Below are positions 1-7,126 of a DNA stretch of 24,000 nt, piece after piece (within the stretch, counting starts at the first letter, position 1; each line of letters starts with the position of its first letter). Origin of the DNA: Flavobacteriales bacterium (GTDB taxonomy: Bacteria > Bacteroidota > Bacteroidia > Flavobacteriales > ECT2AJA-044). The position numbers were made by a program, and so were the translations under genes. Location: assembly GCA_965661605.1 (NCBI GenBank), contig CBFIEH010000023.1, positions 1 through 24,000 on the forward strand, written 5' to 3'. The notes under the pieces were generated by a model, which was not told the origin of the DNA, did no database searches, and saw only the letters and a program-made list of their open reading frames with translations.

Positions 1-416
1 ACAATTACGTCGTAACCGCCCTCTTCAATTTTACGCTCTTGGACCACGATAAAGGGCGTTGTACTGTCCTTGATCACCCGAAGTGCATTGCTTCCCGTGA
101 GGAACTGCCATCCCTTCATACCGTGTGTACCCATGAGGATCAATCGAGCTTCTAATTCTCGAGCAATGTTTCCAATATCATCGAATATGCTTCCAACGTG
201 GGTCAAATACTCAACTGCAACACCGGAATCCTGAATAGCGGCTTCGGCAATATCGCTCAGTTTGTTTTCAGCTTCTGCTCGGTCGTTATCGCTCTTCAAG
301 ATGTGAAGCAAGACGACTTTTCCGTCCATTGGCTTTGCGATGTATAGCGCGTGATTCAGGGCCGTATTAGCGACAGAGGAGAAATCGGTCGGCACGACCA
401 AGTTTGTTTTGCTCAT
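1..416 (-). CDS. Universal stress protein (UspA family), partial; the C-terminus lies beyond the left edge
   Basis: Not in the ORF track because it runs off the window. The reverse strand from ATG (complement of 414-416) stays open to position 1. It reads MSKTNLVVPTDFSSVANTALNHALYIAKPMDGKVVLLHILKSDNDRAEAENKLSDIAEAAIQDSGVAVEYLTHVGSIFDDIGNIARELEARLILMGTHGMKGWQFLTGSNALRVIKDSTTPFIVVQERKIEEGGYDVI. The layout matches the USP alpha/beta fold: N-terminal VPTDFS strand, LLHI strand, Gly-rich GTHG..G...GS nucleotide-loop region, and P-F-I-V-V strand. It starts 33 nt downstream of the HD gene on the same strand. Confidence 0.75.
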   Translation of the reverse strand, partial: MSKTNLVVPTDFSSVANTALNHALYIAKPMDGKVVLLHILKSDNDRAEAENKLSDIAEAAIQDSGVAVEYLTHVGSIFDDIGNIARELEARLILMGTHGMKGWQFLTGSNALRVIKDSTTPFIVVQERKIEEGGYDVI

Positions 417-449
417 GGTATTCAAATTGATCTAGACCCAAAGATAGAA

Positions 450-1043
450 TTAGTCCACATAGCCTGCAACAATCTCTTTCACCTGTTCCAGGTGCTTTTG
501 CTTGAGCGGCTCTCGATGAGTACGGGAATAATCTGTATGGTAGTGATGTACAGACAGGAACTGGACCTGAAGATGATTCCATTCGCGCTCATCCTGGACG
601 ATCCCAAGGCTTTTGAATTCATCGAACAGACGGTTTCCAGTAACGAAAAAGTCAGAGCGTCCAAGGTAGTCCAGGTCGGCATCGCACAGCAAACGCCCGA
701 GAAGGTCCGAAGGTGATTGTGGCACTCGGGTCACCATGATCAGCTCAATAATTCGCTGGATTTGGTCCGGTTCATAGCCGAATTGAGGCAGGAGTTCACG
801 GGCCATTGCCCCACTAGCCTCTTCATGCCCTCTGTAGGTGCGGACGAAACCGATATCGTGAAGCAGAGCGGCCATCCCAAGAAGCTCACGATCCTTTTCG
901 GACAGGCTACAGTGTTCGGCCAATTTCATACAGACCTGATACACGTCCAAAGTGTGGTCTAAGCTGTGGTAGCTCAGATGATCGGGGAGATGTTCCTCGA
1001 GATAGTGGAGAATGGCCTCCTTCGCTTTTTCAAAATTCGCCAT
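450..1043 (-). CDS. HD-domain metal-dependent phosphohydrolase (substrate unknown)
   Basis: 197-aa ORF with the H...HD...D metal-ligand pattern: YHSLDHTLDV (His), AALLHDIGF (His-Asp), LLCDADLDYLG (Asp). No signal peptide or TM segment. It lies 64 nt downstream of the cyclase gene on the same strand. Confidence 0.8.
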   Translation of the reverse strand: MANFEKAKEAILHYLEEHLPDHLSYHSLDHTLDVYQVCMKLAEHCSLSEKDRELLGMAALLHDIGFVRTYRGHEEASGAMARELLPQFGYEPDQIQRIIELIMVTRVPQSPSDLLGRLLCDADLDYLGRSDFFVTGNRLFDEFKSLGIVQDEREWNHLQVQFLSVHHYHTDYSRTHREPLKQKHLEQVKEIVAGYVD

Positions 1044-1107
1044 AAACTTAATGCGCTAAGGTCGTTTCAAGTAGCGGGAAGCATCCGGAATAATGTTGCA
1101 TTTACTT

Positions 1108-3024
1108 TCACTCTTGTTCACTTCTTTCAACGTAGTACATGTGCATAGAACCCTTGTTCTTGACTTGAAGTGAACCTCGGGGGTCAAAATACAAGGTCTC
1201 CACATTTTTCACTAGCTCGTACGTGCTCTGGGAGATATTAATCTTATCAGGATCAGAATGTTGCTCCATTCGAGCCGCCGTATTTACCGTGTCTCCCCAG
1301 ATATCGTACTGAAACTTCTTGGTGCCGACTACACCTGCAACAACGGGACCGCTGGACAATCCGATGCGAACGTCGAAGTATGGCTCTTGGCGCGCTCGGT
1401 TATCGCGCCGTAGGCGCATCATGAATTCCCGCATTTTAAGAGCTACCTCTACCATGATTTGCGCGTGTTGCTCCTCTTTATGGGGAAGTCCGCATGCGCA
1501 CATGTAGGCATCGCCGATGGTCTTGATTTTCTCTATAGGATAGTCGTCAATGATTTCATCAAAACCCCGAAAACAGTAATCAATCAGGTCCACCAACCGC
1601 TGGGGCTCCAACTCTTCCGCGAGCTTGGTGAAGCCCACAAAATCGCTGAAAAGAACGGTGGTTTCCGGGTAGAGGTGTGCCCGAGCACGGCCTTCGATCT
1701 TGAGCTCTTCGGCGGTTTCTGCCGGGAGAATATTGAGAAGAAGCGCCTCCGATTTCTCCTGCTCTTCTTTGATTTCTCTGGTACGCTCCCGAACGCGCAT
1801 TTCGAGGACGGATTTTTGTTGGCTGAGGACATCGAGCCGTTTGGCCCGTTCTAGGTTAAAGCGATCGGCAAAGCTGAGGCTGAACAAGAATATCTGAGAG
1901 GTAATTCCCGTAAAAAAGAAGTTGAAATTCGTCGGAACGATGTCAAAAAAATCGAGACCAAACAAAACGAGAAAAACAAACATGACGATGAAGCTCAACA
2001 TCACGAATCGCATGTGCTTAACCCCACTAAGGTAGATTTTAAGGGCCGCAAGGACAGCGCAAAAGAACATCACAAGAGCCAAAAGGACATTGATGTTTCG
2101 GGTGGTTTCTTCGTAATCTGGATTGAAGAGCCACAGGACGAAATTGATGACAAAAATGAAAATTAGCCCAAGAATCACCTGTCGAATCCTTGGGTGTCGG
2201 TCCCTGAGGTTCATGTAGTTCATGGTGAAGGCACCAAAGCTGACCAAGAGCATAAGTCCGAGTAGTCGATTGAGTATCGGGCCAAGGGTATGGCTTTCCT
2301 CTATGGTGGCGAATAAAACATCCGTTTGAAAGAGCTGATACAGCAGAACCGTTGCAGCTAGCACATAGATGAGGAAATAGGCATTCGAACTCGATCGGGT
2401 AACCAAGAGGAAAAAGAAGTTGTACAGGAGGAAGGTCACCAGGATACCGAAGAAGGCATAAAAGGAATTCTGTTGCCCCGCGATCAAATCAATCATCTCG
2501 TAGGATCGAGAGCTATACCTCCCACCAATTTCACTGTAGCCCGACTCGGGGTCGTAGGTCACCGAGAACAATAGAAATTGCGCTTTATCGGGCAGTCCTT
2601 TGAGCTGAAATACCTGTACATCTCCCGTGGTAGCACCCTTCCTTCTGGACTGGAGCCGAACGGAGCTTGGCCCGGTATACTCTAAAATGCGACCACTGGA
2701 ACCCCTGTAATACAAGTGTGCCTTGGATCCGTTGAAGGTTATGTAGGGTTCGAAACCTTTTGATGGCTCGTACTTCAAAAACATCCAATAGGTTCCATTC
2801 AAAGGCCGCTCAAAATTTAAATCCGCTAAAGGGACAAAACTGGTGCGCTCCCGGAGCCAAACCCAGCGAACATCTCGTTCTCCTGTCGTGTCTTTCCAAA
2901 CAACTAGGAAATCGTCTAGTGGAATCTCGCGACCAGGGTCTTCAAGTTGCGAGGATTTGAGAATCGGCTGAGCACTAAGAACTCCCGAGACGAGTAGGAA
3001 GAGAGCGAAGAAGAGCTTATTCAT
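1108..3024 (-). CDS. Membrane-bound class III adenylate cyclase with an N-terminal 7TMR-DISM-type receptor module (signal peptide, extracytoplasmic domain, 7 TM)
   Basis: The ORF track extends this to 3117, but those first 31 codons overlap the upstream gene out of frame. The Met at 3024 is followed by a signal peptide (MNKLFFALFLLVSGVLSAQ). Next come about 165 aa of extracytoplasmic sequence and seven hydrophobic helices (FYAFFGILVTFLLYNFFFLLV ... FFFTGITSQIFLFSLSF). A coiled-coil/cyclase-transducer segment follows (ALLLNILPAETAEELK). The class III catalytic core is at about 1138-1665. It has the metal Asp residues (VLFSDFVGFT, KTIGDAYM), the adenine-specifying Lys (KTIGD) and Asp (QYDIWGDTVNTAARME), and the transition-state Asn/Arg. 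Confidence 0.85.
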   Translation of the reverse strand: MNKLFFALFLLVSGVLSAQPILKSSQLEDPGREIPLDDFLVVWKDTTGERDVRWVWLRERTSFVPLADLNFERPLNGTYWMFLKYEPSKGFEPYITFNGSKAHLYYRGSSGRILEYTGPSSVRLQSRRKGATTGDVQVFQLKGLPDKAQFLLFSVTYDPESGYSEIGGRYSSRSYEMIDLIAGQQNSFYAFFGILVTFLLYNFFFLLVTRSSSNAYFLIYVLAATVLLYQLFQTDVLFATIEESHTLGPILNRLLGLMLLVSFGAFTMNYMNLRDRHPRIRQVILGLIFIFVINFVLWLFNPDYEETTRNINVLLALVMFFCAVLAALKIYLSGVKHMRFVMLSFIVMFVFLVLFGLDFFDIVPTNFNFFFTGITSQIFLFSLSFADRFNLERAKRLDVLSQQKSVLEMRVRERTREIKEEQEKSEALLLNILPAETAEELKIEGRARAHLYPETTVLFSDFVGFTKLAEELEPQRLVDLIDYCFRGFDEIIDDYPIEKIKTIGDAYMCACGLPHKEEQHAQIMVEVALKMREFMMRLRRDNRARQEPYFDVRIGLSSGPVVAGVVGTKKFQYDIWGDTVNTAARMEQHSDPDKINISQSTYELVKNVETLYFDPRGSLQVKNKGSMHMYYVERSEQE

Positions 3025-4621
3025 TCGCGGCTTCTTTTTGAACCTCTGTAGGCGTTTTGCCGCACCATTCGCTAAAGCACTTGCTGAAATAGGCCGGGCT
3101 GCTAAATCCGAGTTCATAGGCCACCTCGCTGACAGGTTTATCTACATCCCGAAGAAGTTCCATTGATTTGGAAAGCTTGTAGTTCCGAACGTAAATACTG
3201 GTGCTTAGCCCCGTCAAGGCCTTAATTTTTCGGTGGACTTGAGTACGGCTCATGAAGAGTTCTTGACTCAACTCCTCCACCCCAAATTCACTTTCATCTA
3301 AATGCGTGTCAACCACCTGTTGGATACGCAGCAGGAAACTTTCAGCCTTGGTAAGCGGTCGCTCTTCTTCCTGCTTCTGATGCTCAATCACCTTCCGCAA
3401 ATGGTTGAACATTTTGTCCCGCAAGTCCATCATGCTTCGGCAAACGCTCTTCAATTCGTCTTCGTTGAAGGGCTTTGTTAAATAGGCCTGAGCGCCTTCG
3501 TCCCAACCCTGCTGTCGATCTTCATCCGCGCGGCGGGCTGTCAGAAAAATAATAGGGACGTGGTCGATGATTTCCTCCTCCCGAATCAGACGGAGCATTT
3601 CAAAACCATCTATTTCGGGCATATTGACATCACTGACAATCAAATCCGGAACTTGCTCAATGGCCATTTGAAGACCTTCCTGACCGTTCCGCGCTGAAAT
3701 AACCTCGTATTCCGTGTCGAGAAGGCTTCGAACAAACTCGCGCATTTCATTATTGTCCTCTACGACCAAGACAAGAGGAGCTTCTTGACCCTTGGTTTTG
3801 GGATCGACTATGGGATATACGTCTGATCGCAGCTTAGGTTTGGCATCGGTGGTGTCCGGCACTTCATCGAGTTGAGGAGGCAGGACGACCCAGTCTTCGG
3901 GCAGATCACCTTCGCGCCGTAAGGCGGAAAACTTAACCGTAAAAGTGGTGCCTTGAAACTTTACACTGGAAACGTCAATGGTTCCAGCCATCATTTCGAC
4001 CAGTTCCTTAACAAGGGACAAGCCGATACCTGTTCCTTGGTAGAGGCGCACATGGGTTTCTTCTTGATAGAACCGATCAAATACATGGGGGAGTTTGCTC
4101 TCCACAATGCCAATTCCGGTATCACTGACTTGAAGCTCTACCTCATCGCCGTGATCGTGCAGACGGACAAATACGCTGCCCCCGCCGTCGGTAAACTTGA
4201 TGGCGTTGGAGATCAAGTTATAGAGTACCTTTTGCCATTTTCGATGGTCAAAAAAGAGCGTAAGATCATCTTCGGGTCCCTCCCACTGAAGCGATAATTG
4301 CTTCTCCTCAGCAATGGGCTGAAAAGAGAGAAAAAGCCCATGCATGAATCGGGCGAAATCTGCGTTTGAGGCTTCGACAACGACGTCTTCATTTTCGATT
4401 TTGCTGATGTCCAGCAACTCGTCTATGAGCCTTTGAAGCTGAAGCGCGTTTCGTTGAACAAGCAACAAGCGCTGGCGCGTATGCGCGTCCAATTCGGTAC
4501 GCAGCAGCTGTTCTACTGGCCCTAGAATAAGGGTCAATGGTGTTCTAAACTCATGCGTAATGTTGGAGAAAAACTTGTCTTTGATCTTTTCCAGATCCTC
4601 TTCCCTTGGTTCTTGACCCAT
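3017..4621 (-). CDS. Cytoplasmic hybrid two-component protein: HisKA-HATPase_c histidine kinase + receiver + AraC-type HTH, with no sensor or TM region
   Basis: 534 aa. The H-box is SNITHEFRTPL, with the phospho-His at residue 23. N-box is LYNLISNAIKFT, G1 is VSDTGIGI, G2 is GTGIGLSLVKE. The receiver has LVLVVEDN...DLIVSDVNMPEIDGFEML...YLTKPF (Asp331, Lys383). The C-terminal AraC/XylS HTH pair reads LSQELFMSRTQVHRKIKALTG...VSEVAYELGFSSPAYFSKCFSEWCGKTP. There is no hydrophobic segment anywhere. The stop TAA (3017-3019) overlaps the cyclase ATG. Confidence 0.9.
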   Translation of the reverse strand: MGQEPREEDLEKIKDKFFSNITHEFRTPLTLILGPVEQLLRTELDAHTRQRLLLVQRNALQLQRLIDELLDISKIENEDVVVEASNADFARFMHGLFLSFQPIAEEKQLSLQWEGPEDDLTLFFDHRKWQKVLYNLISNAIKFTDGGGSVFVRLHDHGDEVELQVSDTGIGIVESKLPHVFDRFYQEETHVRLYQGTGIGLSLVKELVEMMAGTIDVSSVKFQGTTFTVKFSALRREGDLPEDWVVLPPQLDEVPDTTDAKPKLRSDVYPIVDPKTKGQEAPLVLVVEDNNEMREFVRSLLDTEYEVISARNGQEGLQMAIEQVPDLIVSDVNMPEIDGFEMLRLIREEEIIDHVPIIFLTARRADEDRQQGWDEGAQAYLTKPFNEDELKSVCRSMMDLRDKMFNHLRKVIEHQKQEEERPLTKAESFLLRIQQVVDTHLDESEFGVEELSQELFMSRTQVHRKIKALTGLSTSIYVRNYKLSKSMELLRDVDKPVSEVAYELGFSSPAYFSKCFSEWCGKTPTEVQKEAANE

Positions 4622-4634
4622 GGAAACGAAGATA

Positions 4635-5621
4635 TCAAATTCCTGAGGTCGACCACGCAGAAATCAAGGCCGTAATCAAGAGCGTAAGCGCCAGGACATT
4701 TCCCCAGAAAGGTTTTCGAAAGTAGTAGAACAGATTGGCCAAAACCAAAGAAACAGGAAGGCCCAAAATGGCAAAATGGGAAAGCTCATTTGCCGGGGCC
4801 AGGACAAAACCGACCAGAGCAGCTACCGTGGCCCAAAGCATGAGAAGGAAATTTTTACGATTGCTCACCCTTTTTTTGCTCAGGTGAAGGGCTAATTCTA
4901 CACCTCCTGTCACGGCCAGAATCAGTACAACGACCATCAAGGGAAGTCGAGATCGAGATAGGGTTATATCAATAGCCCCTTGCTGAAACGCACTCCAATA
5001 GTTGGTGTAATTAAATTCCATTAAGTCCGGGTACCAAACCCAGAACGAGTAGGCAATGAAAGCCGGTGCTACATATCCAATTAAAATGACCGAGATATGT
5101 CGCCAATCGGTATGACCATTGATCAAAATGGCAATGAACAACAAGGGGAAAAACGTTACAGAAGGTGCGTACATCAAGGTCGCCAAGGACAGGAAAATGC
5201 TTGCGTTAAACGCGATCATCAAACTGCCTTCATCAAAATACAAGCGAAACAGTTCGCGCATGGTCAAGGCTAAAAATGGGAGTGCCAAAATAGCTGGTGA
5301 GGAAGCCAAGACTTCAGGAATAGCGGCAGCAAGGAACACGCCAAAGAACAAGGCAAAATTGTTCTTGACCTTGAACATGTCCTGACGATTCACGGCATTA
5401 CTGAAAACGATAAAGGCCCAAAACAGCATTGCCGCGGTCAACACCCTGAAGAGAATGACCGAACCGCCCAACAACTCGAATAGAAGGCCAAATAAGGGCA
5501 TTCCGCCATTGGAGCGCACTTGGTCCAAAGACCACCAGCCCGGTATCCAAAGAAGCAAGAAGATCAACAAAACCATGACCGCCGAAGCGGGCTTTTGATT
5601 ACTAAAGACGTTGATCAACAT
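4635..5621 (-). CDS. Polytopic integral membrane protein of unknown function (about 9-10 predicted TM helices)
   Basis: 328-aa ORF made almost entirely of hydrophobic helices (VMVLLIFLLLWIPGWW, VILFRVLTAAMLFWAFIVF, FALFFGVFLAAAIP, LPLMVVVLILAVTGGV, LLMLWATVAALVGFVLAP, LALTLLITALISAW and others). No catalytic motif recognised. From memory it resembles a conserved Flavobacteriia membrane-protein family found near purD, but I cannot verify that here. Its stop is 13 nt upstream of the hybrid kinase start. Confidence 0.7.
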   Translation of the reverse strand: MLINVFSNQKPASAVMVLLIFLLLWIPGWWSLDQVRSNGGMPLFGLLFELLGGSVILFRVLTAAMLFWAFIVFSNAVNRQDMFKVKNNFALFFGVFLAAAIPEVLASSPAILALPFLALTMRELFRLYFDEGSLMIAFNASIFLSLATLMYAPSVTFFPLLFIAILINGHTDWRHISVILIGYVAPAFIAYSFWVWYPDLMEFNYTNYWSAFQQGAIDITLSRSRLPLMVVVLILAVTGGVELALHLSKKRVSNRKNFLLMLWATVAALVGFVLAPANELSHFAILGLPVSLVLANLFYYFRKPFWGNVLALTLLITALISAWSTSGI

Positions 5622-5666
5622 TGTGCTTTTTTTACTTAATTATGACCCGATTCAAAAGAACTTGCC

Positions 5667-5831
5667 ATGACGGAATTCTGGACGGGACTCGGAGATTTTC
5701 TACAATTCACCTTTCAAATTTTCCCAACCTTGGGAAATAGCGCCAACTTGGCCTTTGTCTTGATCATATCCGCAGCCTTCATCTACTGGATGGGGCAGCT
5801 CTTCAAGTTCAAACGCACTGGGCAAGAGTAA
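5667..5831 (+). CDS. Small (54 aa) single-TM membrane protein, hypothetical
   Basis: Below the ORF-track length cutoff. ATG at 5667 to TAA at 5829-5831 translates to MTEFWTGLGDFLQFTFQIFPTLGNSANLAFVLIISAAFIYWMGQLFKFKRTGQE. It has one clear TM helix (LAFVLIISAAFIYWMGQLF) followed by a basic tail. It is divergent from the polytopic membrane gene across a 45-nt spacer and fills the purD-proximal gap almost exactly. It resembles small conserved Flavobacteriia membrane peptides, but this is unverified. Confidence 0.45.
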   Translation: MTEFWTGLGDFLQFTFQIFPTLGNSANLAFVLIISAAFIYWMGQLFKFKRTGQE

Positions 5832-5834
5832 AGC

Positions 5835-7106
5835 TTACCCCAGGTCAAAGCCGATATCCTTTCGGTAATATTTTCCTTCAAATTTGATGCGTTCAGCGTT
5901 CAAAAAGCTGGTTTTTAGCGCTTCTTGACGATTCTGGGCTATTGAGGTCACCGCAATAACGCGACCTCCAGCAGTTTGCAGTTCGCCATTCGCATCTTTC
6001 GTGCCGGCGTGAAAGATGGTACTACCTTCAACACCTTCAATACCTGAAATCGTCATTCCCTTATCATAGGCCTCAGGGTACCCTCCACTGACCAGCATAA
6101 CGGTGACGGCTGTATTATCACCAAAAGTAGTCGAGACCTCATCTAGCTTGCCCGTTCCAGTAGCTTCAAGAATCACGGCTAGGTCCTCCTCCAGTCGAGG
6201 CATGACCACCTCCGTTTCTGGATCCCCCATACGCACATTATACTCGATCACATAAGGCTCTCCATCTACATTCATCAATCCGATGAAGATGAAACCACAG
6301 TAGGGTATCTGGTCTTTCTGTAGACCTTCAACAGTTGGTCGGACAATACGTTCTTCGACCTTGCTCAAGAATGTTTCATCTGCAAAAGGAACAGGACTGA
6401 TGGCACCCATTCCTCCGGTGTTTAATCCTGTATCTCCTTCACCAATTCGCTTGTAATCCTTTGCAGAAGGCAAGAGCTTATAGGTATCCCCATCGGTTAA
6501 AACGAATACCGAAAGTTCTATCCCAGGCAAGAATTCTTCGATGACGACCTTTGAACTTGCCGACCCGAACTTTCCGTCGAGCATTGCCATTAATTCCGAC
6601 TTTGCTTCTTCAATATCATCTAGAATCAAAACGCCCTTTCCCGCAGCTAATACATCTGCCTTTAACACATACGGGGGGTTGAATGACTCCAGGAGTGCAA
6701 TACCTTCTGAAATGTTCTCGGCGCTGACGCTCTTGTACTTCGCAGTGGGAATTCCATGGCGTTCCATGAAGTCCTTTGCAAACTCCTTAGAACCCTCCAA
6801 TTCAGCCCCGCTCTGACCAGGGCCTATGATCCAGAGCTCATTTGTAGAGAACTCCGATTCTAAGGCATCACGCACTCCATTCACCAGAGGGTCTTCTGGC
6901 CCAACAACAAGACCATTGATTCCTTCTTCACGGATAAAGGAGGCCACTGCATCAAAGTCATTGGGATTTAAGGCTACATTTGTGCCTACTTCATGAGTAC
7001 CACCATTACCAGGAGCAATGAACACGTGCTCAACTCGAGGGCTCTGCGCCAGCTTCCAGCTCAGCGCATGCTCTCGACCTCCCGATCCAAGAACGAGGAT
7101 CTTCAT
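5835..7106 (-). CDS. purD: Phosphoribosylamine--glycine ligase (GAR synthetase)
   Basis: 423 aa. N-terminus MKILVLGSGGREHALSWKLAQS, ATP-grasp core (YVLKADVLAAGKGV, EEFLPGIELSVF, IEYNVRMGDPE) and C-terminus GGRVIAVTS are all characteristic of PurD. Confidence 0.95.
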   Translation of the reverse strand: MKILVLGSGGREHALSWKLAQSPRVEHVFIAPGNGGTHEVGTNVALNPNDFDAVASFIREEGINGLVVGPEDPLVNGVRDALESEFSTNELWIIGPGQSGAELEGSKEFAKDFMERHGIPTAKYKSVSAENISEGIALLESFNPPYVLKADVLAAGKGVLILDDIEEAKSELMAMLDGKFGSASSKVVIEEFLPGIELSVFVLTDGDTYKLLPSAKDYKRIGEGDTGLNTGGMGAISPVPFADETFLSKVEERIVRPTVEGLQKDQIPYCGFIFIGLMNVDGEPYVIEYNVRMGDPETEVVMPRLEEDLAVILEATGTGKLDEVSTTFGDNTAVTVMLVSGGYPEAYDKGMTISGIEGVEGSTIFHAGTKDANGELQTAGGRVIAVTSIAQNRQEALKTSFLNAERIKFEGKYYRKDIGFDLG

Positions 7107-7126
7107 ACCAAAATGTTAAATGTGAA

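Noticed and set aside
1108-3024. The cyclase as part of a Pycsar/CBASS-like cyclic-nucleotide anti-phage defence system
   Set aside because: The specificity residues are the Lys/Asp adenine type. The protein carries an environmental-receptor (7TMR-DISM) input. No effector with a cNMP-binding, TIR, patatin-like or pore-forming TM domain is adjacent. The context looks like signal transduction rather than abortive infection.
3025-3117. The longer 669-aa version of the cyclase ORF (start at 3117) given in the ORF track
   Set aside because: The extra 31 codons (MNSDLAARPISASALANGAAKRLQRFKKKPR) overlap the 3' end of the hybrid kinase gene in another frame. The Met at 3024 is followed directly by a canonical signal peptide, so the extension is most likely not translated.
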